Numbered from the stretch's first letter, positions 52,377-62,821 are shown. The stretch: DNA of 64,000 nt from an uncultured SAR86 cluster bacterium (GCA_902591665.1 CACJBO010000001.1:15112-79111); one strand, 5' to 3'. The notes: generated from the sequence alone by a model not told the origin. Made by a program: numbers and translations.

Positions 52377-52393
52377 AACTTCTTCCTTAATTA

Positions 52394-53134
52394 TTAAAAC
52401 TTTTCCATATATGGCCTTAAATCTAATTCATGGGTCCATGCACTTCTGTGTTGAGTATGAACAAACCAATAAGCATCAGCAATAGCCTCTGGTTGAAGGA
52501 TACCGTCTTTTTCCTTGAGAGCATATATATCAGGAAAAGTTTCTTTTATAAAAGCAGTATCTATAGCGCCATCAATTACGAAATGTGCGACATGAATCCC
52601 CTGAGGCCCTAATTCTCTTGCCATACTTTGAGCTAATGCTCTGAGAGCAAATTTAGCACTTGAAAAAGCAGAAAAACCAGAACTCCCTCTCATAGAAGCT
52701 GTGGCGCCAGTAAAAAATATACTCCCTTTATTTCTCTTTTTCATGTACTTTGCGGCCTCTCTGCCGGTAAGAAACCCTCCAAAAGCTGCCATCTCCCAAA
52801 CTTTTCTAAAAACTCTTGAGGTCGTTTCTTCTATTGGAAAAAAAACATTTGCACCTGGGTTAAAAATTACCACATCAATAGGAGCAACTTCTTCTTCTAC
52901 TTGCTTAAATAAATCTTGAATGGAGTCTTCTTCTCTTGCATCAACTCCAAAACATTTGATCCATCCATCTATTTCCTTAATGTCATTTTCAAGTTGTTTA
53001 AATTTATCTAAATTGCCTGGTCTTCTTACAGCGCAAACTTTGTAACCATTAAGGGCGAATTTCTTGCAAAGCGCTGATCCTGTTGCATCTCCGGCACCTA
53101 TAATAATTGCAGAATATTTTGAAAAATCTTTCAT
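52394..53134 (-). CDS. Short-chain dehydrogenase/reductase (atypical)
   Basis: GAGDATG, FTGATAS.RG, FSSAK (Phe in place of the usual catalytic Tyr), WTHELDLRP. Confidence 0.85.
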   Translation of the reverse strand: MKDFSKYSAIIIGAGDATGSALCKKFALNGYKVCAVRRPGNLDKFKQLENDIKEIDGWIKCFGVDAREEDSIQDLFKQVEEEVAPIDVVIFNPGANVFFPIEETTSRVFRKVWEMAAFGGFLTGREAAKYMKKRNKGSIFFTGATASMRGSSGFSAFSSAKFALRALAQSMARELGPQGIHVAHFVIDGAIDTAFIKETFPDIYALKEKDGILQPEAIADAYWFVHTQHRSAWTHELDLRPYMEKF

Positions 53135-53175
53135 AACATTGTTTAATTGTTCTTACTTTAAAAATTGTAACCTAA

Positions 53176-53781
53176 ATGATAGTTGACTTTATATATGATG
53201 TCGCCACACCTAATGGCTACCTTGCACATAAGGTTATACCTGAATTCGAAAAAAGAACAAATACATCATTTAATTATGTCCCTTGTCTTGCTGGTGGAAT
53301 ATTTAAGCTTACTAATAATACTCCACCCCTAATAGCAAACGCTGATGTGAAGAATAAATCTGATTATTTTTTTGTAGAAATGAATAGATGGATAAAAAAA
53401 CATAAAATTGGCCGATTTAAAAATAATTCTAATTTTCCTCAAAACTCTTTACTTATTCAAAGGGGGGCAATTGCTGCTAAACAGCTTGATATCTTAAAAG
53501 AATATGTTGAATGTACTATGTCTGGAATGTGGGAAAAAGATTTAAATATCCAAGAAAAGGATGTTCTTCAGCAAGCTCTAGAAAACGATGGAATCGATCA
53601 TAAAAAAATTTTTGAGATTATTGAAACTCAGGAATGCAAAGATCAACTAATTGCTAATACCTCCTGGGCAGTAGAAAAAGGTGCCTTTGGTATTCCGACA
53701 TTTTTAATTGATGATCAAATCTTTTTTGGAAAAGATCATATGTATCAACTTGAAGAATATATAAATTCAAAAAAAGAATAG
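53176..53781 (+). CDS. HCCA isomerase/GST-kappa family protein
   Basis: DFIYDVATPNGYL, GGIFK..NN.PP, GAFGIPTF, FFGKD. Confidence 0.85.
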   Translation: MIVDFIYDVATPNGYLAHKVIPEFEKRTNTSFNYVPCLAGGIFKLTNNTPPLIANADVKNKSDYFFVEMNRWIKKHKIGRFKNNSNFPQNSLLIQRGAIAAKQLDILKEYVECTMSGMWEKDLNIQEKDVLQQALENDGIDHKKIFEIIETQECKDQLIANTSWAVEKGAFGIPTFLIDDQIFFGKDHMYQLEEYINSKKE

Positions 53782-53830
53782 AACTTTTCTTAAAATACTC
53801 TTTCAAAGCTATGAGGTATAGAATATATAC

Positions 53831-56218
53831 ATGAAGAGATTACATCTCCTGCCTATTTGTATTGGTGCAATTTATTCAATCCATTCATATGGAGAGTTTC
53901 TAGTGGATGATGTTCTTGTTCAATCTAAAGAAAATACTCTTTCATGTATTTCGTACGTTCCAAACATTGGAAAAGTTAAAAAAAATGAAGATTTAGAAAT
54001 AAATTCTGATAAATTTCAAATTACTGATGACAAAAGATTGGTTTTGTATGGGAATGTTTCGCTAGATTTTCCTGAAGGGCTCTTAAAAGCACAAAATGCC
54101 GAACTAGATAGGGAAAATGGAAAAGTAAAATTTTCAAATTCGGGAGAAATTTTCCTTACAAATTTTTATTTTAAATCTGAGGATGGATATCTAAATAAAG
54201 ATAATAGTTCAATTGCTCTAAGTAAAGGCATAGCATTTTCACAAGAAAGAAATCTAGTTTTTAATTTTGATAAGTTAGAGGGCAATCTTGATGACACAAT
54301 AAATTTACTTGGAGCTTCTATGTCATCTTGTTCAAATCCAGATAAGGGCTGGTTGCTTCTAGCTGATAAAATAGTTTTAGATTCACAGGCAAATAGAGGT
54401 TTGGCAAAAAATATTAAAATCCAAGCAGCTGGTTCAACAATTTTTGCATTCCCCTATATTCCATTTGCTACCTCAGATAAGAGAATGAGTGGTTTTTTGG
54501 AGCCATCAATATCTTATTCATCAGATGGCATTGATTTAATGATTCCATATTACAAAGTTATTAATAGTAGGTCAGATATTACATTTGCTCCGAGACATAT
54601 AGCCAAAAGAGGCTCGGGTCTTGAAATTAATTACAGGGCACTTCATGGAGAAAAAAACAACTTTAGAAATCTAGATATCATATATTTTAATAAAGATGAT
54701 GAGTTTGAAAAAGAAACATTGAATTCTGATTCTTCCAGGTGGATATATAAATTTAATGATGTACTAAATTTAAGTCATTCAACTATAAATGTTGATTGGT
54801 CAAAATCTTCAGATGGTTTGGTGATGAGAGATATACCTGGGGATATAACATCAATAGGCTACAGAAGGATCCAAAATTTGAATCAAAATGTCTCTATTCA
54901 CACAAGATTTAAAAATACAAAGCTAACTATAGAGCATCAAGCCTACCAGTCACTTAATCCCATTCTTACAAATGGATATAAAAAATCTCCTGCCCTAACT
55001 CTTGAATACAGAAAAAATATTAATGGATTTATCTTTTCTGAAAATTTGGACATATCAACGTTTAAAGCTAATACCATTCATGGGTATTTTGGCTATCAAA
55101 CAATGGATAATAATTACTTAAGGTTAATTAAAAATCCTGATGAGGGTCAGAGAATATATTCAGATCTTAGTGTTTCTAAGATTTTTAATGTAAATGGTTT
55201 TAATGTCTTATCAAGAGTTGGCATAAAAAGTATTGACTACAACCTTACTGATTCATCAAAAAATACTCAAAGCATCAATGTGCCAAATGCGCTTATAGAT
55301 ATTAGCTCTATGTATGTAAATAAAAATGGTTCTTCTATCAATATTTTAAAGCCAAGATTTATTTATGGTTATACAGCCTATAGAAATCAAGAGAACAACC
55401 CTATCTTTGATAGCAATGAGATATCTCCAAATAATGAGTTATTTATTAATGATAGGTTTTCAGGGATGGATAGAATCGGCGATCAAAGCTTCTACACACT
55501 GAGTATTGATTACACCCATATGAAAATGGGAATGAAGAAAGCATCTTTAAGTATTTCAAAGAAATATTATCTCAAAGACAGAAAGGTGTGGATGAACCCA
55601 TCAATGAACTCAATGAACCAAATGGGTTCTATGAATTCAATGAATCAAATGAATTCAATGAGTTCTATGATGAGAATGAATTTGGATGAGGGACCTGCGG
55701 TAATTATGGCATCATGGATGCCCAGTATGAATACAATGATTATGGGTTATGGTGGCTACCTCAAAGATCAAAAGAAAATGCCTCTAGGCGGAATCACTCT
55801 TAAACATAAACTTAAATCTGGCAATATAGGTTATGCTCATAGATTCAGAAGAATGGCGGGTGATTTTAACATTGAGATGGATTATTCAGAATTCTTTGCA
55901 GATATTGATTTAAATCCAAATTTCAAATTTATTGCAAAATTAAAAAGAGATAACAACACAAGTCAAAACATAGAAAGTCTTATAGGCATAGAGTATGAAA
56001 ATTGTTGCTTGGCATTGAGAATTACAGGATCTGATAGAAATTTTTCAAGATTCCTTGTAAAAGAAGAAATTTTGTACCCCACTCTAGCCGATGCATGGGA
56101 TAATGTTATAGATATTGAAAGCAAAAGCAGAATTAATTTTGAGTTTGAGTTAAAAGGTTTGAATTCTTCTTTTGATAAAATGAATAAGTTATTTAAAAAT
56201 TCTCTATTTAATTATTAA
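53831..56218 (+). CDS. lptD: LPS-assembly outer-membrane protein LptD
   Basis: OstA-like N-domain, PYIPF...RMSGFL.P, DRFSGMDRIGD, YENCC, FELKGL; heads the surA-pdxA operon. Confidence 0.9.
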   Translation: MKRLHLLPICIGAIYSIHSYGEFLVDDVLVQSKENTLSCISYVPNIGKVKKNEDLEINSDKFQITDDKRLVLYGNVSLDFPEGLLKAQNAELDRENGKVKFSNSGEIFLTNFYFKSEDGYLNKDNSSIALSKGIAFSQERNLVFNFDKLEGNLDDTINLLGASMSSCSNPDKGWLLLADKIVLDSQANRGLAKNIKIQAAGSTIFAFPYIPFATSDKRMSGFLEPSISYSSDGIDLMIPYYKVINSRSDITFAPRHIAKRGSGLEINYRALHGEKNNFRNLDIIYFNKDDEFEKETLNSDSSRWIYKFNDVLNLSHSTINVDWSKSSDGLVMRDIPGDITSIGYRRIQNLNQNVSIHTRFKNTKLTIEHQAYQSLNPILTNGYKKSPALTLEYRKNINGFIFSENLDISTFKANTIHGYFGYQTMDNNYLRLIKNPDEGQRIYSDLSVSKIFNVNGFNVLSRVGIKSIDYNLTDSSKNTQSINVPNALIDISSMYVNKNGSSINILKPRFIYGYTAYRNQENNPIFDSNEISPNNELFINDRFSGMDRIGDQSFYTLSIDYTHMKMGMKKASLSISKKYYLKDRKVWMNPSMNSMNQMGSMNSMNQMNSMSSMMRMNLDEGPAVIMASWMPSMNTMIMGYGGYLKDQKKMPLGGITLKHKLKSGNIGYAHRFRRMAGDFNIEMDYSEFFADIDLNPNFKFIAKLKRDNNTSQNIESLIGIEYENCCLALRITGSDRNFSRFLVKEEILYPTLADAWDNVIDIESKSRINFEFELKGLNSSFDKMNKLFKNSLFNY
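55601..55681 (+). repeat. Imperfect 3 x 27-bp (9-bp sub-period) in-frame tandem repeat in lptD
   Basis: TCAATGAACTCAATGAACCAAATGGGT / TCTATGAATTCAATGAATCAAATGAAT / TCAATGAGTTCTATGATGAGAATGAAT, encoding SMNSMNQMG SMNSMNQMN SMSSMMRMN. Confidence 0.9.
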
Positions 56219-56228
56219 TGCAATAAAT

Positions 56229-57470
56229 ATGAAACAGTTTACCCTTATCGCTTCACTTTTTTTATCGTCTGGCCTTTTCGCTGCAATTGAGATTTTGGAT
56301 AGAGTAGCAGTAATAGTGGATGATGGAGTCATCATGGAATCCCAGATTAATTCTGGTTTAGAAAACATGATTCTAAGATACGACGAACAGAATATTCCAA
56401 AACCGCCAATGGACAACCTTAAGGAACAAGTTATTGAGTCGCTTATAATTGAGGAACTTCAATTGCAGCTTGCTAATAGAGCTGGTGTAAGAATAAGCGA
56501 TACTGAGCTAAATGACTCAATAATCAGGATAGCTGCTAATAATCAAATGGAGCTGCAACAGTTCATAGATTATGTTGAACAAGGTGGTGAGTCCTATGAA
56601 GACTTGCGAGAAAATGTAAAAAAACAAATGATTATCCAAAGAATTCAAAGAGGCAGAGTGGGTTCCGAGATAAGTATAACTGAGAAAGAATTCCAAGCTT
56701 TTTTAGCAACTGATGAATCTTTAGCGTCTCTTGAACCAGAGCTTCTAGTTCAGCAAATATTGGTCAAGACTCTGGATCAAGCAATAAATGCAATTGAAAG
56801 AATTAATAGTGGAGAGGATTTTTCAAACATAGCCAAAGAAGTATCTATCAGCAGTAATGCAGATAATGGAGGATTGATGCCATGGAGGCGAGCAATAGAA
56901 ATGCCTGAATTATTTTCTAATGCTGTAAGTAAAAAAGAAATAGGTTTTATTTCTGAGCCTTTGGAAAGCGGAGCTGGATACCATGTTTTAATGTTAGTTG
57001 ATAAAAAAGGTCCCTTTGTCCAGTATGAAGATCAGTGGTCGTCAAGGCACATCTTGCTTATACCCTCAACGATAAGAGATGAGGAAGCTACTGAAATAGA
57101 AATTAATGAAATCAGGTCAAGAATTCTTGATGGGGAAGACTTTTCAGACTTAGCTAAAGAATATTCTGAAGATCCTGGCTCAGCAAGCCTTGGTGGTGAA
57201 TTGGGCTGGCTTGGTAAAGGTGTATTAGCGGCAGAATTTGAAAAAGTTATGATTGATATAGATGCTGGAGAAGTATCACCTGTATTTCAAACTCAATTTG
57301 GTTTTCATTTCCTAGAGGTTTTGGATTCAAGAAGTTATGACATGACAAGAGACCTTATTGAAGATAGAGCTTATCAAATCCTATACGGAAGAAAATATGA
57401 TGAAGAGCTTGAAAATACATTACGCTCTATGAGAGCTGAGGCTTTTGTTGAAATAAAAGATCTAGATTGA
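56229..57470 (+). CDS. surA: Periplasmic chaperone/PPIase SurA
   Basis: LDRVAVIVDDGVI; two parvulin domains (SRHILL, SEDPGS..GGELGW). Confidence 0.93.
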   Translation: MKQFTLIASLFLSSGLFAAIEILDRVAVIVDDGVIMESQINSGLENMILRYDEQNIPKPPMDNLKEQVIESLIIEELQLQLANRAGVRISDTELNDSIIRIAANNQMELQQFIDYVEQGGESYEDLRENVKKQMIIQRIQRGRVGSEISITEKEFQAFLATDESLASLEPELLVQQILVKTLDQAINAIERINSGEDFSNIAKEVSISSNADNGGLMPWRRAIEMPELFSNAVSKKEIGFISEPLESGAGYHVLMLVDKKGPFVQYEDQWSSRHILLIPSTIRDEEATEIEINEIRSRILDGEDFSDLAKEYSEDPGSASLGGELGWLGKGVLAAEFEKVMIDIDAGEVSPVFQTQFGFHFLEVLDSRSYDMTRDLIEDRAYQILYGRKYDEELENTLRSMRAEAFVEIKDLD

Positions 57471-58447
57471 AAAAAATTATTTACTCTCCTGGCGAGCCTT
57501 CAGGCATAGGGCCAGACCTAATAATACAACTTTGCACCTCCAAATTTTGGGTAGATATTAAACTTCCTATTGTTTGTCTTGCAGATCCGAAATTATTAAT
57601 AGATAGAGCTAGTAAATTAGGTAAAAAGATAAAGCTTTTGCAAATAAATGATCTAGACAAAATACAAAAAAACAAAAAAAATCATATTCAAGTGCTTTGT
57701 GTAACTAAATGTAATAACTTAAAACCTGGCAAACTCTATAAATCAAATGCAAGTTATGTATTAAAAAACCTAGATTTTGCTATTGAAAATGCGCTCAATG
57801 ATAAAAATACTGCTCTTGTAACTGGTCCAATAAGTAAAGAGAATATTATTTCAATAAACAAAAAATTTCAGGGTCATACAGAATACATACAAAAAAAGAC
57901 TGCAAGCGATAATGTATTAATGTTACTAGGCTCAGATAAACTTAAAGTGGCATTAGCAACAACCCATCTTCCGCTAAAAAATGTTGCAAAAGCAATAACT
58001 AAAAAATTAATTACCTCAAAAGCTAGAATTCTAAATGATGAACTAAAAAATAAATTTAAAATTAAAAATCCAAAAATTACTCTGCTTGGACTAAATCCAC
58101 ATGCTGGAGAAGGAGGAAAAATTGGTTCAGAAGAAAAAGATATTTTAATACCTGCTGTAAAAGAATTAAGACGAAAAAAAATTAATATATCCTATCCAAA
58201 ATCTGCAGATACAGCATTTACAAAAAAACTATTAAATGAAACAGATGCTTACCTTGGTATGTACCATGATCAAGTTTTACCAGTCATCAAAGCTTTGAGC
58301 TTTGGTTCAACAACTAACATTACCTTAGGAGTTCCAATTATTAGAACATCAGTTGACCATGGGGTAGCATTAGATATTGCAGGAACTGCAAAATCCGATA
58401 CATCATCTCTAAAAGAGGCAATTAAAATTGCTAAAAAAATAATTTAA
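57467..58447 (+). CDS. pdxA: 4-hydroxythreonine-4-phosphate dehydrogenase
   Basis: GEPSGIGP, GHTE, LNPHAGE, MYHDQ, RTSVDHG. Confidence 0.95.
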   Translation: MKKIIYSPGEPSGIGPDLIIQLCTSKFWVDIKLPIVCLADPKLLIDRASKLGKKIKLLQINDLDKIQKNKKNHIQVLCVTKCNNLKPGKLYKSNASYVLKNLDFAIENALNDKNTALVTGPISKENIISINKKFQGHTEYIQKKTASDNVLMLLGSDKLKVALATTHLPLKNVAKAITKKLITSKARILNDELKNKFKIKNPKITLLGLNPHAGEGGKIGSEEKDILIPAVKELRRKKINISYPKSADTAFTKKLLNETDAYLGMYHDQVLPVIKALSFGSTTNITLGVPIIRTSVDHGVALDIAGTAKSDTSSLKEAIKIAKKII

Positions 58448-59214
58448 TGATTTCGAGAGATATTAGAAGAAAATTTGGTCAAAATTACCTATCTGATCCA
58501 GCAATTATATTTGAAATGGGGCAGGCAATCTCACCACAGACTAACTCAAATTTTTTTGAAATAGGCCCTGGAATGGGAGCTCTAACAAACGTTTTAAACC
58601 AAGATGGTATTTCTATTAAGGCAATTGATATTGATAAAAATAATATCGACTATCTTTCAAAACAATTTACAGGCCCTGCAAAATTTGAATTTTTTCAAGG
58701 AGATATCTTAACCACGTCATTAAACTTTTTAGAAGATGAAAATTACAGAATTGTTGGCAACCTTCCCTATAATATTTCAACACAAATAATTTTAAAGTTT
58801 ATCGACTGGCATAACGTGATTCAAGATATGCATTTTCTTGTTCAAAAAGAAGTGGCAGAAAAAATTAATGGAACTTTAGGTACAAAAAATTGGGGCAAGC
58901 TTTCGATCAAACTATCTGCATTTTTTAATATCCAAATTTTATTTGATGTTCCACCTGAGTCTTTTGATATTAAGCCCAAGGTAAACTCAAGCTTTATAAG
59001 GCTTACACCTAAGAAAAATGTTATAGATGTGTCGACAAAAAATAATTTATTTAAAATAATAGATATGTCATTTTCTTCAAGAAGAAAAAATATTAAAAAT
59101 AATTTAAAAAAAGCTAATATTGACTGGGATACATTAGAAATTAATCAAAATCTTAGGCCTGAAGAGGTGTCATTAGAAAATTACTTAAAAATTGCAAAGC
59201 AGTATCAAGAATAA
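58447..59214 (+). CDS. rsmA: 16S rRNA adenine dimethyltransferase
   Basis: FGQNYL, EIGPGMG, GNLPYNIST, QKEVA, PKVNS. Confidence 0.95.
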   Translation: MISRDIRRKFGQNYLSDPAIIFEMGQAISPQTNSNFFEIGPGMGALTNVLNQDGISIKAIDIDKNNIDYLSKQFTGPAKFEFFQGDILTTSLNFLEDENYRIVGNLPYNISTQIILKFIDWHNVIQDMHFLVQKEVAEKINGTLGTKNWGKLSIKLSAFFNIQILFDVPPESFDIKPKVNSSFIRLTPKKNVIDVSTKNNLFKIIDMSFSSRRKNIKNNLKKANIDWDTLEINQNLRPEEVSLENYLKIAKQYQE

Positions 59215-60021
59215 ATGGCGCATTATGTTGTTGGTGATGTTCAGGGGTGCTTCAAAGAATTAGAGGCACTATTAAAAAAAGTTAATTTTAATAAAGAGAT
59301 AGACCAATTAATTTTTGCTGGAGATCTAGTTAATAGAGGTAAAGATTCTCATAAAGTTCTTGAATTCTGCATTAAAAACAAAAAATCAGTATCTGGAGTT
59401 TTGGGTAATCATGATTTTTATTTACTATATCTAATAGAGCATCAAAAAAAAGATAAGTCACTTAAAAAAGTTCTTGAATCAAAAAATATAAAGCATTATC
59501 AATCGTGGTTAAAGTCCCTTCCTCTGTTTCTAGAAATTAAAATAAAAGAAACAAACGAGGTTTTTTGGATTTCACATGCGGGCATACCCTTTATTTGGAG
59601 CATAGATAATGCAAAAAAATTATCAAAAGAAGTTCAAGCTTCACTTAAAAATGATGCATCAAATATTCTTGCAAAAATGTGGGGGGATGCACCAAAGAAA
59701 TGGAACGAAAATTTAAAAGGATATAAAAGGCTAAGAGTAATAATTAATTACTTTACAAGAATGAGATATTTGTCAGAAGATGGGTCGCTTAAGCTAGATT
59801 TAAAAAGTAAAACTGCTAAAAAAGGATATATACACTGGTTTCATCAAACAAAAGAAAACTTAAATAATAATGAAAATATAGTTTTTGGGCATTGGGCATC
59901 AATAAATGGTGAGACAAATATAGATAATATAATAGGGCTTGATACAGGTTGTGTTTGGGGAAATAAACTTACAGCTATAAGATTGGAAGATAAAAAAATA
60001 TTTCAAATTAAAAAACAATGA
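59215..60021 (+). CDS. apaH: Symmetrical Ap4A hydrolase
   Basis: GDVQGC, GDLVNRG, LGNHD, HAG, FGHWA, LDTGCVWG. Confidence 0.95.
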   Translation: MAHYVVGDVQGCFKELEALLKKVNFNKEIDQLIFAGDLVNRGKDSHKVLEFCIKNKKSVSGVLGNHDFYLLYLIEHQKKDKSLKKVLESKNIKHYQSWLKSLPLFLEIKIKETNEVFWISHAGIPFIWSIDNAKKLSKEVQASLKNDASNILAKMWGDAPKKWNENLKGYKRLRVIINYFTRMRYLSEDGSLKLDLKSKTAKKGYIHWFHQTKENLNNNENIVFGHWASINGETNIDNIIGLDTGCVWGNKLTAIRLEDKKIFQIKKQ

Positions 60022-61038
60022 AGATATATGAGGTTGGTGGAGCCGTTAGAGATGCCCTGCTGGATAAAAAAGCTAAAGATAAAGACTGGGTTGTTGTCGG
60101 ATCTTCACCTGAAGAAATGGTATCTAATGGGTTTAAACCCATAGGAAAAGATTTCCCTGTATTTCTCCACCCAACATCAAAAGAAGAATATGCACTCGCA
60201 AGGACTGAACGAAAGACTGGTCATGGTTATCATGGTTTTAACTTCTATTATGGTAAAGAGGTAACGCTAGAAGAAGACTTGTCGAGAAGAGATTTAACAA
60301 TAAATGCAATTGCAAAGGACTCTGATGGCAATATTATTGATCCCTATGGGGGCAGAGATGATATTAAGAAAAAAATATTCAGACACGTATCAGATGCATT
60401 TTCAGAAGATCCATTGAGAGCTATTAGGCTTGCTAGATTCCATACTTATGAACATTTAAAAGATTTTGTTATCGATGAAAGCACTGAAAAAATGCTCGAA
60501 GAAATTATTAGCTCCGGTGAAATAGCAAATCTGTCATCTGACAGAATTTGGACTGAGACTGACAGAGCATTAAGTTCAGAAAATCCAAATATATTTTTTG
60601 AGGTAATAATAAAATATAAAATGCACTCACCCTTCTTTAATAAATTAAGTGTTCCAATATGTGATACAAGTTCAAATAACCTCGTGCGATGGGCCGAACT
60701 TCAAGCCAACAATGATTTTTCTTTGGGAGACAATCTTCCAGTACCTAATGCGCAAAAAAAATGCGTCAGATGTTTTGATGAGGTTAATAAAAATTACCAA
60801 ATATATGTCTAATGAATCACTTATAGACTTATTACCTAAGCTTAATATGGAAAGAAATCAGTCACTGATTAGTGACTTATGTAGCCTACCGCATCTTTCA
60901 GATTCGAAAGATTTAATATTAAGATTATTAGCAAAAACAATTGAAGCAGATTTTTCTGTTCTTAAAAATATTCCAACTGAGAAAATTTATGAAGAAAAGC
61001 ATAAAATATATAAACAAATAGTTAATCAATCTTTATGA
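60018..61038 (+). pseudogene. cca: CCA-adding tRNA nucleotidyltransferase split by a frameshift (real lesion or sequencing error)
   Basis: VGGAVRD..DKDWVV, EEYALARTERK, RRDLTINA, EDPLR in frame to about 60760; the C-terminus continues in another frame after the A8 run at 60754-60761; deleting one A gives a 339-aa ORF. Confidence 0.8.
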
Positions 61039-61763
61039 ATAAAACCATATTAATTACTGGTGCAGCAAAAAGAATAGGTAAAGAAATAGCCTTAACTTTT
61101 TCTCAAATGGGGTGGAATATCATTATTCACTACAATTCTTCAAAAAAGGATGCGCAGGATTTGGCAGATCAAATCAATACTCATAACCCCAACTCTGCAA
61201 AAATCATTCAAGCGAATTTAGACATCTCATCAGATGTTCAAAGATTAGTTGATGAATCTAAATTATGCTTTGATTCAATCGATGTTTTAGTAAACAATGC
61301 TTCAACTTTTTATCCAACCCCGATTGATGATATTTCTGAAGAGCACTGGGATAAATTGATTGGAAGTAATCTTAAAGGTCCATTATTTTTAATTCAGGGT
61401 CTAAAAGATAAGTTAATTGAATCAAGGGGTTCTATAGTAAATATTACGGATACAAATTTAAGCAAAGGCGTTGCAAATTTTTCTATATACGCATCTGCTA
61501 AAGGGGGTTTAGAATCGATAACTAAGGTTCTTGCAAGAGAATTAGCTCCAGAAGTTAATGTTAATGCAATAGCACCTGGTGCAATGCTCGAGCCACCTGA
61601 TATAACTTGGACTGATGAACAAAAGGAAAAGGTAATAGCTAATATCCCGCTAAAGAAAATGGGATCTGAAGAAGATATCGCTAAAACTGTTAAGTTTGTT
61701 GTTAGTTCAAAGTATATGACAGGGCAAGTTATTAAAGTTGATGGAGGAAGATCACTCTCATGA
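61035..61763 (+). CDS. Pteridine reductase (FolM/PTR1-like SDR)
   Basis: TGAAKRIG, HYNSS, NNASTF, YASAK, VDGGRSL; close to folB-folK. Confidence 0.85.
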   Translation: MNKTILITGAAKRIGKEIALTFSQMGWNIIIHYNSSKKDAQDLADQINTHNPNSAKIIQANLDISSDVQRLVDESKLCFDSIDVLVNNASTFYPTPIDDISEEHWDKLIGSNLKGPLFLIQGLKDKLIESRGSIVNITDTNLSKGVANFSIYASAKGGLESITKVLARELAPEVNVNAIAPGAMLEPPDITWTDEQKEKVIANIPLKKMGSEEDIAKTVKFVVSSKYMTGQVIKVDGGRSLS

Positions 61764-62821
61764 CAACCGATGCTCAAAAATATGAAAAAATATTTTCAGG
61801 AACAAAAGAAGTTGCTGAAAATTTAAAAATAGATGCTTCAAAACTTCAACCATGGATTGATGCTCATGTTCCTGGAGCTGGTTCAATAAAATTAATAGAG
61901 CAATTTAGGGGCGGTCAATCTAATCCTACTTATAAAATTGCCACAGATAATAAAAATCTAGTTCTAAGAAGAAAGCCACCAGGCAAGCTTCTGCCTTCAG
62001 CCCATGCTGTCGACAGAGAATATAAAGTCATCACTGCTCTTGGTCAAACTGATGTTCCTGTTCCAAAAACCTACGGTCTTTGTGAGGATGAAGATGTAGC
62101 TGGAACCACTTTTTTTGTTATGGATTGTTTAGATGGAGATATTTATTGGGATCATATGCTCCCCTCACTATCAAAAGAACAAAGGATTAAAGTCTATCAA
62201 AGTAAAAATAAAACTCTTGCAGCACTTCATAGTGTTGATTACAAAAAAGTTGGATTAGAGGATTATGGCAAACCTGGTAATTATGTCGCAAGGCAGGTTT
62301 CAAGATGGTCTAAACAATACAAAGCATCTGAGACAGACAATATTGTTGAAATGAATAATCTTATAGAGTGGTTACCAGAAAATATTCCTGATGATGATGA
62401 GACCTCAATTGTTCATGGAGACTATCGCCTAGATAACATGATAATGAAGAACCAAGAAGTCATAGGTGTTCTTGATTGGGAGCTTTCTACTTTAGGTCAT
62501 CCAATCGCAGATTTTTGCTATCACTGTCTTACATGGAGAACAGAGCCATTATTTTATGATCATGCAAAATTAAAAGAAATGGGCATTCCTAATGAAATGG
62601 AATATCGCGACATGTACTCTGAAATTACAGGAAAAGATCTATCAGCTAATTGGGAATTCTATATGGCCTTCAGCTTATTTAAAGTAGGTGCTATATGCCA
62701 GGGCATTCTTGGCAGGGTTAGAGATGGAACTGCATCAAGTAAGCATGCTGAAGACAGAGGAATGAAAGTCTACCCTCTTTCACAAGGAGCATGGTCAATT
62801 GTAGAAAATAACTTTAAATAG
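61760..62821 (+). CDS. Phosphotransferase family protein (ACAD10/11 kinase-domain-like)
   Basis: GGQSNPTY, LRRKPPG.LLPSAHAVDRE, HGDYRLDN, LDWELSTLG. Confidence 0.88.
   Translation: MTTDAQKYEKIFSGTKEVAENLKIDASKLQPWIDAHVPGAGSIKLIEQFRGGQSNPTYKIATDNKNLVLRRKPPGKLLPSAHAVDREYKVITALGQTDVPVPKTYGLCEDEDVAGTTFFVMDCLDGDIYWDHMLPSLSKEQRIKVYQSKNKTLAALHSVDYKKVGLEDYGKPGNYVARQVSRWSKQYKASETDNIVEMNNLIEWLPENIPDDDETSIVHGDYRLDNMIMKNQEVIGVLDWELSTLGHPIADFCYHCLTWRTEPLFYDHAKLKEMGIPNEMEYRDMYSEITGKDLSANWEFYMAFSLFKVGAICQGILGRVRDGTASSKHAEDRGMKVYPLSQGAWSIVENNFK

Noticed and set aside
55601-55681. Repeat considered as a CRISPR array
   Set aside because: No spacers, in frame within lptD, and no cas genes in the window.
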